Origin: Mobula hypostoma
Taxonomy: Eukaryota
Direction of reading: 5' to 3'
Assembly (NCBI RefSeq): GCF_963921235.1
Contig: NC_086097.1
Span: forward strand, 41,170,001 to 41,234,000
Length of the DNA stretch: 64,000 bases
Part shown: positions 12,885 to 24,879 of the stretch, piece by piece
Numbering within the stretch: position 1 is the stretch's first letter
Layout of the letters: each line of letters opens with the position of its first letter
Program-made: the position numbers and the translations under genes
Notes under the pieces: model-generated
What the model was told of the DNA's origin: nothing
The model's input: the letters and a program-made list of their open reading frames with translations, nothing else
Database searches by the model: none

Positions 12885-14942
12885 AAGGGAATTATAGAGG
12901 CATAAGAGAAGAGCTGGCCAAAGTTGATTGGTAGGGGATGTTAGCAGAGGAGGTACCAGACGAATAGAGGGAATTTCTGGGAGCAATTTGGAAGAAGCAG
13001 GATAAATACATTTCTAAGAAGTATTCTAAATGGAGAATGAGGCATCTGTGGATGACAAGAGAAGTCAAAGACACCATAAAAACTAAAGAGAGAGCATATA
13101 ATGTAGTAAAATTAGGGGATTGGGAGGCTTTTAAAAATCAACAGAAGGTAACTCAAAAAGCCAAATGAAGAGAAAAGATGAACTATGAAGGTAAGCTAGC
13201 CAATAATATAAAAGAAGATACCAAAAGTATTCTCAGATATGTAAAGAGCAAAAGGGAGGTGAGAGTGGATATTGGACCACTCGAAAATGACACTGGAGAG
13301 GGAGTAATGGTGGACAAAGAAATGGCAGACAAACTTAGTAAGTATTTTGCAGCAGTTTTCACTGTGATGCCAGGAATTCAAGAATGTCCGAGGGCTGACG
13401 AGAATTTAGTTGCTTTTACTAAGAAGAAGGTGCTTGAGGGCAGAAAGGTATGAAAGTAGGTAAGTACCTGGACCAGATGGACTACCCCTCCCCAGGGTTC
13501 TGAAAGAGGTAGCTAAAAGTGATTCTGAAGGCATTGGTAAAAATTTTTCAAGAATCAATAGATTCTGGAATCGTTCTGGAGGACTGGGAAAATGCAAATG
13601 TCACTCCACTCTAAGAAAAGAGGGAGACAGAGGAGAAGAAGTTATAGGCCAGTTAGTATGACTTCAGTGGTTGGAAAGATGTTGGAGTATATTATTAAGG
13701 GTGAGGTTTTTGGGTACTTGGAGGTGCATGATAAAGTAGGTCAAAGTCAGCATGGTTTCCTTTAAGGAAATCTTTCCTGGTAAAACTGCTGGAATTCTTT
13801 GAGGATGTAACAAGAGGGATTGACAAAGCAAAGTCAGTGGATCTTTTTACTTGGATTTTCAGAAGGCCTTTGACAAGGTGCTGCACATGAGGCTCCTTAA
13901 CAAGATAAGAACCCATGGTAATGGGAATAGAAGGAATCTTTTCTGGTTGGCTGTTGGTGACTGGTGGTGTTCTGCTGGGATTGGTTTTGGGACAACTTCT
14001 TTTCAAGTTATATGGCAACAGTTTGGATAACGATATGAATGGCATTGTGGTCAAGTTTGTAGATGACACAATGAAAGGTGGAGGGGCAGGTAGTGTTGAG
14101 GAAGCAAGGAGTCTGCTGGACTTCAACGGATTGGCAGAATGGGAAATGAAGTGGCAGATGGAATATAGTGTAGGAGAATATACTTTGGTAGAAGGAATAA
14201 AGACATGGACTATTTTCTAAGCGGGAGAAAATTCAAAATTCAGAGGTACATAGGGACTTGGGAGTCTTTGTGCAGGATTCCCTAAAGTTAACTTCCAGGC
14301 TGAGTTGGTGGTAAGGAAGGCAATTCAATGTTAGCATTCACTTTGGGAGAACTCGAATATAAGGAACAAGGATGTGATGTTGAGGACTTATAAAGCATTG
14401 GTCAGACCACACTTGGAGGATTGTGAGCAGTTTTGTGCCCCTTATCTAAGAAAAGATGTGCTGGCCTTGGACAGGGTCCAGAGGAGGTTCACAAGAATGG
14501 TTTTGGGAATGAAAGGTTTAATATGTGAGTAGCATTTGAATGCTCTGGGACTTTACTTACTGGAGTTTGTAAGAATGAGAGGGGATATCATTGAAACATA
14601 TCGAATAGTGAAAGGCCTAGAGGGAATGGATCTGAAGAGGATGTTTCCTACAGTTGGTGAGTTTATGACTAGAAGTTACATCCTCACAATAGAGGGGCAT
14701 CCATTTAGAACAGAGATGAAAAGGAATTTCTTTAGCCTGAGGATAGTGAATCTATGGAATTCATTGCCACAGATGGTTGTGGAGCAGAGGTTCTTGCTTA
14801 GTCAGGGCATCAGAGGTTATAGGCAGAAGGCAGGAGAATGGGGTTGAGAGGCATAATAAATCAGCCATGATGGAATGGCAGAGCAGACTCAATGAACTCT
14901 GTGATGTAATTCTGCTCCTATGTCATGTGGTTTTATGGTCTC
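12885..14942 (+). mobile_element. CR1 LINE ORF2, 5'-truncated and degenerate
   Basis: PGPDG, YRPVS-TSVVGK, LDFQKAFDKV, KFVDDT, WNSLP motifs; 3' tail shared with the copies at 32.1 kb and 58.6 kb. Confidence 0.9.
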
Positions 14943-15548
14943 ATCTCAAAGGACTTGAGAAAATTAAATACTTCCTTGATGTAATAACACTGTTTTGAAT
15001 CAGGAAAATGCAACCTATTTGCCCACAGCAAGCACCTCAGTTGATGAGATAATGGCCTGTTCTTGTGCTTTTGCGATTTTGATTAAAGAGGAAAAGTCAG
15101 TCTTTTATCTTTTCAAAGATAAAATCAGGAAATCCTCGGTTCTTTAATTACAATACAGGGTCTTTCACATCCAGCGGGGAGAATAGCTGAGGCTTCAGTT
15201 TCGTGCCTTTACTTAGCGGATTTCCCATTCCCCTGGACTGTGGCCAGCCTGAGTAATGCGCTCAAATCTGCACAGTGATTTGATTCCAAAGAATGAGAGT
15301 TCCTACCGAGTCAAGACACATGCAATTTTTGTAAATTTTGTGTTCTGGGTGAAGAAACTATCACCAGTAGGTCACATTCTGAATATAAGCTGCTTTCATT
15401 ATGACTAATTCCTGAAATTTCTAATAAACTTACTGAGTGGCAAAGGCTACAAGCTGGAACTGCAGCCTGGTTAAATTATTCCCATTGTTACAACACTCAC
15501 AACACGCTGGAGGAACTCAGCAGGTCGAGCAGCATCCGTGGAAAGGAT

Positions 15549-15586
15549 CAGTTGACGTTTCGGGCCGGAACCCTTCATCAGGACTG
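15549..15586 (-). ncRNA. Minimal type I hammerhead ribozyme motif, core intact
   Basis: Minus strand CAGUC-CUGAUGA-A-GGGU(UCCG)GCCC-GAAA-C-GUC-AACUG: full catalytic core, stem II, palindromic ACGU stem III, GUC cleavage triplet; one C/A mismatch in stem I next to the core. Confidence 0.75.
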
Positions 15587-15875
15587 AAGAGAGAAGGGGC
15601 AGAGGCCCTATAAAGAAGGTGGGGGAGGGTGGGAAGGAGAAGGCTGGTAGGTTCCAGGTGAAAAACCAGTCAGGGGAAAGATAAAGGGGTGGGGGAGGGG
15701 AAGAGGGGAGGGGCTCCCCCCCCCCACCCCTTTAACACAGAGGGGATCCCCTCCCTGCTTCCCCTTCCCCACCCCTTTATCTTTCCCCTTACTGGTTTTT
15801 CACTTGGAACCTACCAGCCTTCTCCATCCCACCCTCCCCCCACCTTCTTTATAGGGCCTCTGCCCCTTCCCTCTA

Positions 15876-15913
15876 CAATCCTGACGAAGGGTTCCGGCCC
15901 GAAACATCAACCA
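15876..15913 (+). ncRNA. Minimal hammerhead ribozyme motif, partly decayed
   Basis: CAAUC-CUGACGA-A-GGGUUCCGGCCC-GAAA-C-AUC-AACCA; core and stem II retained, ACGU palindrome and stem I damaged. Confidence 0.6.
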
Positions 15914-16199
15914 ATCTTTTCCACAGATGCTGCCCAACCTGCTGAGTTCCTCCAGCGTGTTGTGAATGTTGCTTTGACCCCAGCATCTGCAGAGTATTTT
16001 ATGTTTCCCATTGTTACAATATGGTAGATGTCTCAAACATGTACACCTACCTTTTCATGCAGTTTACCAGTGTGGATTATTTACTTTTTCTTATCAGCAA
16101 TCTGTAGCTGGATCAGCACAAACTAATGACTGGAGATGTATATAGAAATGTGCTTATTAATATGAGAGAATTGTGTTTTAAACAATCCAGGGTGCCACC

Positions 16200-16333
16200 T
16201 GTAATATTGATGTGACTCGGACACCGCTGTAGATTGAACAGCCACATTTATTCACCAGACTTCCGTTTTTACTTCTCGCCGTCCTAAAGTCATACGCACT
16301 CTGAAGCTACGAATACTCACACAATACATTACA
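16200..16333 (-). repeat. 3' LTR of the Gypsy element
   Basis: TGTAAT...ATTACA termini; ungapped alignment with 20531-20664 with about 15 mismatches by hand count. Confidence 0.95.
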
Positions 16334-16344
16334 TCCCCCTTCTT
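16334..16344 (-). promoter_or_regulatory. Polypurine tract
   Basis: Minus strand AAGAAGGGGGA directly abuts the 3' LTR. Confidence 0.9.
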
Positions 16345-16550
16345 AAGATTTTGTTTTCTTTTTACAACACTGTGAGTTACCAAAACAATGCCTCTAGGTA
16401 TGTCCTTCTTACAGTGCAACGACCATGACATAAACTAAAAAAATCTTACCTTCTTGTACTGTATTCTGCATTATATCTTACAATACTTACAGCAGTGTAT
16501 TTTCTTTTACTAACATAAACTAATAAACCTTTTATTTTACACCTTGGAAC

Positions 16551-17750
16551 TTATGACATGTGTGGCTTTACCTCAAACTGTGTGAGACTGTATGTATGTC
16601 TAGTCTCTGCATCTGCTGGAAGTTTGACCTGTCTCCCAGACTGTGTGTGATACAACAGTGACTGTGCTTGTCCTTCATCCCTGTCAGTCTCTCGAGTGGC
16701 CTCTGTGTTTTTGTGGTCGGCATCATTCTTGGTGTCGTTTGTTTCCATGTCTGTATCTGTGGAAATGTCCTGTGCATCTGTACGTGGAAACTCCCTCTCG
16801 CCTGTCTTCAGCAGATGCTTCCTGTTCCTCCTGTAGACTCTTCCATCCGGCGTGCGAACTATGGAGGATCTTGGTTGCTGATGTCTGTTCACAACCACAG
16901 CTGGTTGCCAAGTGTCTCCTCTCTGTATTCTGACATTTTCACCTGTATGCAGATCTGGCAACTGTCTTGTATGTCTGTCATAGTAGCTCTTTTGCTTTAT
17001 TTGCTTGTACTTTTGCTTGTCATGTACTTGAGCATTACCTTCAGGAGTCAGTAGAGTTGTGGATGTTGGCAGTTTGGACTTCAGACGACGTCCCATCAAC
17101 AGCTGCTCAGGAGAGAACCCCACACCCTCAGTCGGTGTGTTGCGGTATTCAAGCAGAGCAATGCAAGGGTCACCGTTGCTGCTATGTGCCTTCTTGAGCA
17201 TGTTCTTGTCAGTTTGTACAGTTCTCTCTGCTTGTCCATTAGACTGAACGTGCCCTGGACTGGAAGTAACATGTTGAAATTCCCAGCTTTCTGAGAACCC
17301 TCTGAACTCACCACTGGCATATTGTGGACCATTGTCACTAACGACAATATCTGGAATCCCATGTCTTGTGAATGCCGACTTCATTGCGATAATGACACCT
17401 CGACTGGACGTGTCACTTAACTTGGTGATCTCCGGATATTTTGAATAGTAGTCCACACAAAGCAGATACGCTGCACCATTGTAGTGAAAGAGATCTGTGC
17501 CAATTTTCTCCCATGGTCTTCCTGGTAGTGGGTGGGGAAGCAGAGGCTCTCTTGGATTGCTGTTTTTGTTTTCATTACAGACAGCACACTGAGACACACT
17601 GTCCTCTATCTGAGTTGACATGCCTGGCCAATAGAGAATGTCTCTTGCTCTTTCTTTACATTTCACTATCCCCAGGTGTGACTCATGAATTCTGTTGAGC
17701 GTTTCCTGTCTCATTTGGTTTGGTACGATGAGTTTTGCCATTTTGAACAT
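16551..17750 (-). pseudogene. Gypsy integrase segment
   Basis: HHCC zinc motif (HESHLG...CAVC); DDE motifs GTDLF, SDNGPQY, SNGQAER; C-terminal RRNRKHL. Confidence 0.9.
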
Positions 17751-17902
17751 TAGTCCTGATGCATAGCTGATTTCCTCTTTAAATGTCTAGTATTTCTGCA
17801 TGTCCTTTGGAACGTCTTTTCTTTCTGTTGGCCATCCATTCATTATAATGTCTCTTAGCATTTGCATTTCAGGATCATCTGCAGTCACTTTCCTGAACAT
17901 GT

Positions 17903-19848
17903 TCAACTTCTCCTCAGAGATGGTAGCTGAGGTGTAACCCAGTTGACTTCCAGCTCTCTTCCTAGCAACTCTTCCTTTTGCTCTTTGAGGTAAGCACGGC
18001 TCAAAGCATCAGCGATGTACAGTTCTTTTCCTGGCTTATAGGTGACTGTGAGAGTGTACCTCTGTAGCCTGAGAAGCATCCTTTGCAGCCTCATAGGAGC
18101 TTGGTAGAGTGGCTTTTTGAAGATGCTCTCAAGTGGTTTGTGATCACTCTCAACCTGGATTTCTTTGCCATATACATATTGGTGGAACTTCTCACACCCA
18201 TAAACTATGACGAGTAATTCCTTCTCGATTTGAGCATATTGGCATTGACAGTCCGTAAGTGCTCGTGATCCATACACCACAGGCCTCCCATCCTGCAGTA
18301 TAATAGCTCCTACTCCCTCCGAACTGGCATCCACAGACATCGTCACCGGTTTATTGACATCATGGAACTTGAGTGCTGGTGTATTGGTAACCAACTGCTT
18401 CAATGTGTCAAAACTTTTATTTTGTTCGTCTTCCCAATGCCATTCAGTGTTGCTCTCTAGTAGCTTTCGGAGTGGAGCGCTGACCTCTGATAAGTTGGGA
18501 ATGAATTTGGCAAGATACTGCATCATGCCCATGAACCTCAATAGTTCTTGCTTGTCTTTGGGTGGTGGTAGCTGTACCACTGCTCTGACCTTTTCATCAT
18601 CAGCGCTGAGTACATGACCTATATATTTGATCTCTGTAGTTCTGATCTGACATTTACTTTTGTTCAGTTTTAGGTTGTACTCACGTGCTCTCTCCAGGAG
18701 CTTCCTCAGTCTCTGATCATGTTCCTCAATTGTGTCACCCCATATCAGCAAATCATCAGTGATGTTGACCACCCCGCCCAAGCCTTCAATCATTTGTGCC
18801 ACGGATCTCTGGAATACCTCTGATGCAGAAGAAATCCCAAAGGGTAGACGCAGGAAACGATATCCCACTATGGGCGTGTTGAAAGTGCATAATTTGGAAC
18901 TTTCTTCATCCAGCTTGATCTGCCAGGAACCTTGATTTGTGTCTAATACTGAAAAGTATTTTGCATTAGGCATGCGGGAGACAACCTCTTCAACCGTGAG
19001 CAGCAGATAGTGCTCTCTTTTGATGGCTTGGTTGAGATCTTGTGGATCCATGCAAATCCTCGTCTTTTTTTCTGTGACCACTGTCACCATACTATTCACC
19101 CAGTCGGTCGGTTCTATTTGTCTTGTTATGACTCCCATCTGTTCCATACTGTGTAGCTCCTCCACTACTTGATCCCTGAGAGCTACTGGAATCTTTCTCA
19201 GGGCATGCACGACTGGTGTGATAGTTGGATCAATCTGGATATGGTGTTTCCCTGGTAAACATCCTAATCCAGAAAACAAGTCATCAAAGTCTTTGAGGAT
19301 GTCATTTTCTTTTTCAACACCATAGATTTGCTTCACCAGGCCTAGCTTTGTGCATGTTGCTTTGCCCAGTATTGCTGAAACATGTTGCTGTACTATTTCA
19401 AACTCGATCTTGTATTGTTGACCTTTGAACACACAGGTGAGTGCTTTTTGCCCAGTGGCGCCATCTTGTGGCCGAAATATGCAACCAGCTTGCAGGTGGA
19501 TTTTCTCAGTCTTCCTCTGATATCCAGTGAGTTGAATGTTTCTGATAACATTACATTGCACTTTGCCTCAGTGTCAAGCTTAAATGTCACATTTTTCCTG
19601 TTTATTTTCAGATCTTGAGTCCAATCATCTTCATCCTCCATCTCTGCATTGTCAATATTCTTGATGCATACCTCCTGTTCCACTTCAACTCTGCCAATGA
19701 ACATGTCACTGTTGCCCTCACTCTGTACCACAGCATGCATTTTCCTTGCGTGCTCCTTCGATTTGCACATCTTTACAAAGTGATTTCTGACATAACTTGC
19801 ATGTCTGACCAAAGGCTGGACATTTTCTGTATCCATGTTTATAACCAT
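17903..19848 (-). pseudogene. Gypsy protease, reverse transcriptase and RNase H segments (frameshifted)
   Basis: FKLDTEA (DTG motif altered); RT LPFGISSA and NITDDLLIWG; RNase H VDASS, YAQIEKELL, SDHKPL; split across ORFs 19393-19848 and 17903-19561. Confidence 0.9.
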
Positions 19849-20482
19849 ATCTGCTGCAGTTAACTTCCTTTAGATCATCCTGTGGAGCTGGCTTTGTCCT
19901 ACTCTTGTCAGTTTTCACAGTTTTTACTTTGTGCACTACAATCTCTTCATTGAGCACTTTAACCTGACTTGACGTGATCTCGCTGGCACGGCAAACATCA
20001 ATCGCCTTTTCTAATGTAAGATCTGCCTCTCTCAATAACCTGCCTCTCACTTGATCATCTCGTATGCCGCATACAATCCTGTCACGTATTAAAGAGTCAT
20101 GCAGTTGTCTAAACTCAGAGTCTTTTGCCTTGCTCTTCAAATCTGTTACATAGGCGTCTATGGTCTCCGTTGGTCCTTGAGCCCACGTGAAAAACCTGTG
20201 TCGGATGTACGGTAGGTTTCTTCTCGGTTCGCAGTAATCTTGAAACTTTTTCTTCAACACTTCAATTTTATCTTGCTCATCATCTTGGAAGACAAACATG
20301 TTGCAAACCTTTATTGCCTCTTCCCCTGCCACATGCAGAAACGTAGCACATTGCACTTTCTCCGTCTTTTCAGCTACGCCGGTAGCGGTGCAAAACAGCT
20401 CAAACTTCTGGATCCATATTTTCCAGTTCTCAGCGAGATTACCTTGTAGGCTTAAACTTGACGGTGGTTGTAACTGTGACAT
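19718..20482 (-). pseudogene. Gypsy gag segment
   Basis: NW--W-QKF N-terminus, IRDRIVCGI, LTLEKAIDVCRA, degenerate zinc knuckles; frameshifted relative to the protease. Confidence 0.85.
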
Positions 20483-20518
20483 CTTTTACATGTCTTCTCT
20501 TCCTTTTTATCGCGATTT

Positions 20519-20530
20519 CTTCTGACACGA
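20519..20530 (-). promoter_or_regulatory. Primer-binding site, tRNA-Leu type
   Basis: Minus strand TCGTGTCAGAAG right after the 5' LTR; one mismatch from TGGTGTCAGAAG, the complement of the tRNA-Leu 3' end CTTCTGACACCA. Confidence 0.75.
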
Positions 20531-20664
20531 TGTAATATTGCTGTGACTTGGACACCACCGTAGATTGAACAACCATGTTTATTCACCAGACTTCCATTTT
20601 TACTTCTCCACGTCCTGACGTCATATGCACTCTGACGCTACGAATACTGACACAATACATTACA
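20531..20664 (-). repeat. 5' LTR of the Gypsy element
   Basis: Direct repeat of 16200-16333; followed by CCACC. Confidence 0.95.
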
Positions 20665-21734
20665 CCACCCATTCCCAAGGGTTTATAAAAAGTGGATGGC
20701 ATTTAATACAGAGGCATGTGCATTAATAATCCCTTTGCAGATTTAATTTTAATGCAGCCGCAGAAAACGAAGTGGCCACATCTTTTTAAAAGCAGGTTTC
20801 TCTTTCATGTCTTTATATTTTTGAAAACCGCATGCTGCTTTTACACATTTTGTTATAGGAAAATGATATATAGATCTATTGAAGTTATCAGAGACAGTCA
20901 GAATGAAACGGGACATAGTGCAGTACTTCTGCTAATGCAGCTTCTCAAGACAATCCTCTGCAGACTAAGTACACCTCTAAGCTGCTTTGAGGGGATTTTA
21001 AAATCATGGCTGTATTTAAAGCCAGCCATGTCCATCTCATCAAAACTGAACAAGATCTGTAACTGAAATTATTCTAGCAATAAACACAATGGTATTTACA
21101 GTAGAAGTGATGAGATATTGTGGATAAATTCTGCATTACTCACCTCCTCCTTATCATTTTGTTTTAAATGTTAACAAAGACAAAAGTTTCCACTCAGGAG
21201 TATCGCAGCAGGGCAGTGAAACTTAACCACCTTTAACACCTGCTCAACTTTGTAATCCTTGAAAAGTGGTGTTTTAATTGTCTACTATTAAATGTGGCTT
21301 AAGAAATTTCCTGTTAAATAAAAGATATAACCCTAGATATGCCAAAAGAGATGCAAGTATTGAAATGTGTACAGAATTCATGAGGTTATGTTCTGCTTTC
21401 AATATTACATTAAGAATATTGAGCCAATCAGAAACTGAGTTTAGGTAAACAAAGACATATGCAGCCAACAAATGCTCTGTGTAGCACAGTGGCAATAAAA
21501 GCAAAGATGATGATAAATGTCATTCCAGGAAGCTTCGCCACAAGACATGGATTTTGGAGGAAAATAATCTTCAGAAGTTTCAATATATCCTGATTGCTTT
21601 GTAAAGAACAGGCCTAACAGACAAATCTGAATGCTATTACAGAGCGAAGGATATCTAACATTTTCCTAGTGCTGCCACAAATAGCCAGAGCAAAAGAATG
21701 TGAGTATGCTTAGCTTGTTTAGTACCAGAAAATA

Positions 21735-22378
21735 ATCAGAATTAGGTTTAATATCACTAGCATATGTCGTAAAATTTATTGTTATGCAGGAGCAGTACAA
21801 TGCAGTGCATAATGAAAACTGTAAATTACAGGGAGAAGTATACATACTTTTTAAGTTAAATTAATTAAGTAGTACAAAAGAGGAAAAAAAATTAAAAGGC
21901 AGTGAGATAATGCTCCTGGATCCAATGTCTATTCAGAAATCTGATGGCAGAGGGGAAGAAGCTATTGCTGAATCAATGAGTGTGTACCTCCTCTCTGACA
22001 GTGGAAATGAAAAGAGGGCATGTCATGGGTAATGGGGTCCTTAATGATGAACACTGCCATTTTGAGGCATCACTCCTTGAAGGTGTCCTGGGTACTGGGA
22101 AGCCAGTGCCTATGATGGAGCTGTCTGAGTTCACAACTTTCTGCAGCTTATTTCGATCCCGTGCAGTGCCCTCCCCCACCCCCATACCAAATGGTGATGC
22201 AGCCAGTTAGAATGCTCTCCACAGTACATCAGTATAAATTTGTGAGTGTCTTTGGTGACAGACCAAATCTCCTCAGACTCCTGATGCAATATAGCTGCTC
22301 TCATGCTTTCTTTGTAACTGCACCAATATGTTGGGCCCAGGATAGATCCTCAAGGATATCGACACCCAGGAACATAAA
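21735..22378 (-). mobile_element. Rex1/Babar-type LINE 3' fragment
   Basis: Reverse complement of 11530-12220-like sequence (DR-KLQKVVN, FSNSFFP, tail). Confidence 0.85.
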
Positions 22379-24309
22379 ATAGCTCACAAAAAGAGCCAGA
22401 ATAGGGATCTGATGTTCTGCCAAACCAGGTGCGACCTCCTACTTGCATGAACTGTGAGGAGCAGTTTTCACAGAAATAACAAGCAAGAAGAAATTAAATT
22501 GCAATTGGGAGTTAGATTCAATGTTGATGATAAGAATTTGATACAAAGCAAAAATATTGGACATGTCATTGTGATGACATTAAATTTGTACACCAGAAAA
22601 AGGCTATTCAGCATATCCAGCCCATTCTTCACAAACCCTACTAGCATATTTCTAATTTCTCTATTCACCTACTTATCTTCCTGTTAAAATGTAGTTGTAC
22701 ACTACTTTCCTTAACTGCTCTATTTGGATTTAAAGTATATACTGTACAATAACTCCTTTGAGATCTAGAGTTGCTTTGTAAATTTATTTCTGTTTATTCT
22801 TTCTCTTTACTCTATTAAATGCTTAAGAATTCGAGAACTCTCCATTAGTCCGCAACTCGGTCTTCCTCACCTTGCTCCTAGTGGAAAGTGAGTGGTGACA
22901 TCATTGAGGCACAAGAGATTGCAGACCCATACATTACAGAAATAGACCTTCAACCCACATTGTCCATGTCGGTCATTAAATCCCTGTTTCTACTAATCCC
23001 ATCTGGCAGCACTTGACCTCCAAGCTTTAGTGTATCAAGTGCACTTCTAGATACTTAAATCTAGTGAACAAATGTAAAATGCTTTATAATGGACAGAAAA
23101 CAGATTTAGCACTGATTGTGTGAATACCTTCAAATTTTTATTCTCGTACTTAAGAATTTAGTTGAGATTAAACCTCACTGTCCCTTTCCCTCCATACCAT
23201 CTTCCCTTCAGTTCCTAATTACAATATTTGTCTTCTTACCCCATTATCATTTCACAAACCTTCTTGTCACCCCCCACTTTTCAATCTGTTCTTTTGTCAT
23301 TTCACTTCTAATTCCTTGCATCGCACCTCAATGTCTTTACTTACCTCTCACTTTATTCCTTCCTCATTGAAAGGTGTTACGGTGCACATAGGATTGTACA
23401 CATCATATAATGTGCCCAGAAACCTGTACATGTGGAAGTGCCTTATGTTAGTCCTTCAATTAACCAATTCTAAAGATATAAGCACAATGCTATATTTATT
23501 TTCAATCAGCAACAAAATGCCCAAGAGGGCATGAGATTTTATTAGTTACTGGCTGTAATAATTTAATAATCTGGAGTCTTGATGCAGCCTCTTGATCCAG
23601 TCTTGGTGCAGGACGTCGATCCAAAATGTCTATCACCGATTCTTCTCCACAGATGCTGATTTCTTCCAGCAGTTTATTTTTTGCTCTGTGTTCTGGCACC
23701 TTCAATCTCCCCTGACTCCAAATACAATGATAGTTTGAGAATTCAAATTCAGCTTTCAAAGCAGTAAACTTCCTAAACATATAAGTAGGAGCAACTTGTC
23801 AAATTAAGCAGTTTGCTTCAGACATCCTATTAGCATTTCATAATATGGAGGAGGAGGAGGAGGAAGAAGAGTCAAAAGAACTTGGTTTAAGAATTTTATC
23901 TTGTATCTACTTAAGGACTCTGACTGACACATTCTTGGCTTGCAATTTATACTCAGCATTTCAGACTTGGCCAGGTGGCAACCAAGGTGGATTGAAGAGC
24001 AATAAAAAAGATTGGTGTTGATTTAGGATGTTGCATTTCTCTTTATTCTGTCTTTCCAAGTCAGTCTTTTGCCGTGATACAGAGCCAGATTTAAAAAGTT
24101 TGCTGTATGTCAGGCAAGTCATCAGGTTTGAACATCAGGTCTTTTTTTTTTACCCTGAAATAAAAGCAGAAAATGCCGGAAACTCTCAATAGATCAAGCA
24201 ACACCCATGAAACTATGGAAGGAGAAGTGGAATTAATCTTTCAAACCAAAGACCATCAGCATCTTTCTTATGAAGGGACCATTATTTCCCAGAGGGGTCT
24301 GATAAACTA

Positions 24310-24612
24310 CCTTTGTTATTTATTTGCTTGGAGATACATTGCGGACAGGGCCTTCCAGCCCAATGAGCTGCATTGCCCAGCAACCCATCTATTTAACCCT
24401 AGTCTAATCACAGGACTATTTATCATGACCATTTTACCTCTAACCCTACGCCTTTGGAATATGGATGGAGTCCGAAGCATGTGGAGGAAACCCATATGCT
24501 GTTCACGGGAAGGACGTACAAATTTCTTAGAGGAAGTGTTGGAATTGGACTCTGAGCTCCAATACCCTGAGTAGTAATAGCATTGTGCTAACCCTGGACT
24601 ACCATGGTGCCC
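24310..24612 (-). mobile_element. V-domain-type (HE1-like) SINE
   Basis: Reverse complement of the GGGCA...GTAG head, core (ggaggaaaccca...cacgggaaggacgtacaa) and 'gaagggcctgt' tail seen in the split copy at 32063-33335. Confidence 0.7.
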
Positions 24613-24879
24613 CTTTGACCTGACAGGTTAGCCATGTTTCTCAGGTGACAGACGCTGCCAGTCCTTTTGCGTGTTGGCTGCAGTTTCTGTTTTGATTTCA
24701 GATTTCTACCAATTTTTGACTTTCTGGTTTTATCCTAGTTTCTCTGACATGATAGGACTTACAGAATTTTTTGTGACAATGAACTCTAAGGTGTTCAACC
24801 GATATCATGATAAACTTTGACACTAATGTCTATGTTGTGTAAATTTGAGACTGATGACAGATAGCGTGGGGAAATATAC

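Larger units (their letters stand above)
15491..16004. mobile_element. Fold-back non-autonomous Penelope-derived element (two inverted pseudo-LTR arms)
   Basis: Arms ~15491-15713 and ~15748-15971 are near reverse complements; direct repeat TTCCCATTGTTACAA at 15479-15493 and 16005-16019. Confidence 0.85.
16200..20664 (-). mobile_element. Full-length disabled Ty3/Gypsy LTR retrotransposon (Mag/K02A2.6-like)
   Basis: Two 134-bp LTRs, CCACC TSD (16195-16199, 20665-20669), PBS, PPT, domain order gag-PR-RT-RH-IN. Confidence 0.95.

Noticed and set aside
16551..17750. 399-aa integrase ORF as a domesticated host gene
   Set aside because: It sits inside an LTR-bounded element whose other domains are frameshifted; no evidence of selection
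21130..21270. Strong minus-strand donor GAG/GTGAGT with an upstream acceptor-like site
   Set aside because: Frames examined contain stops; a non-coding exon cannot be supported from sequence alone
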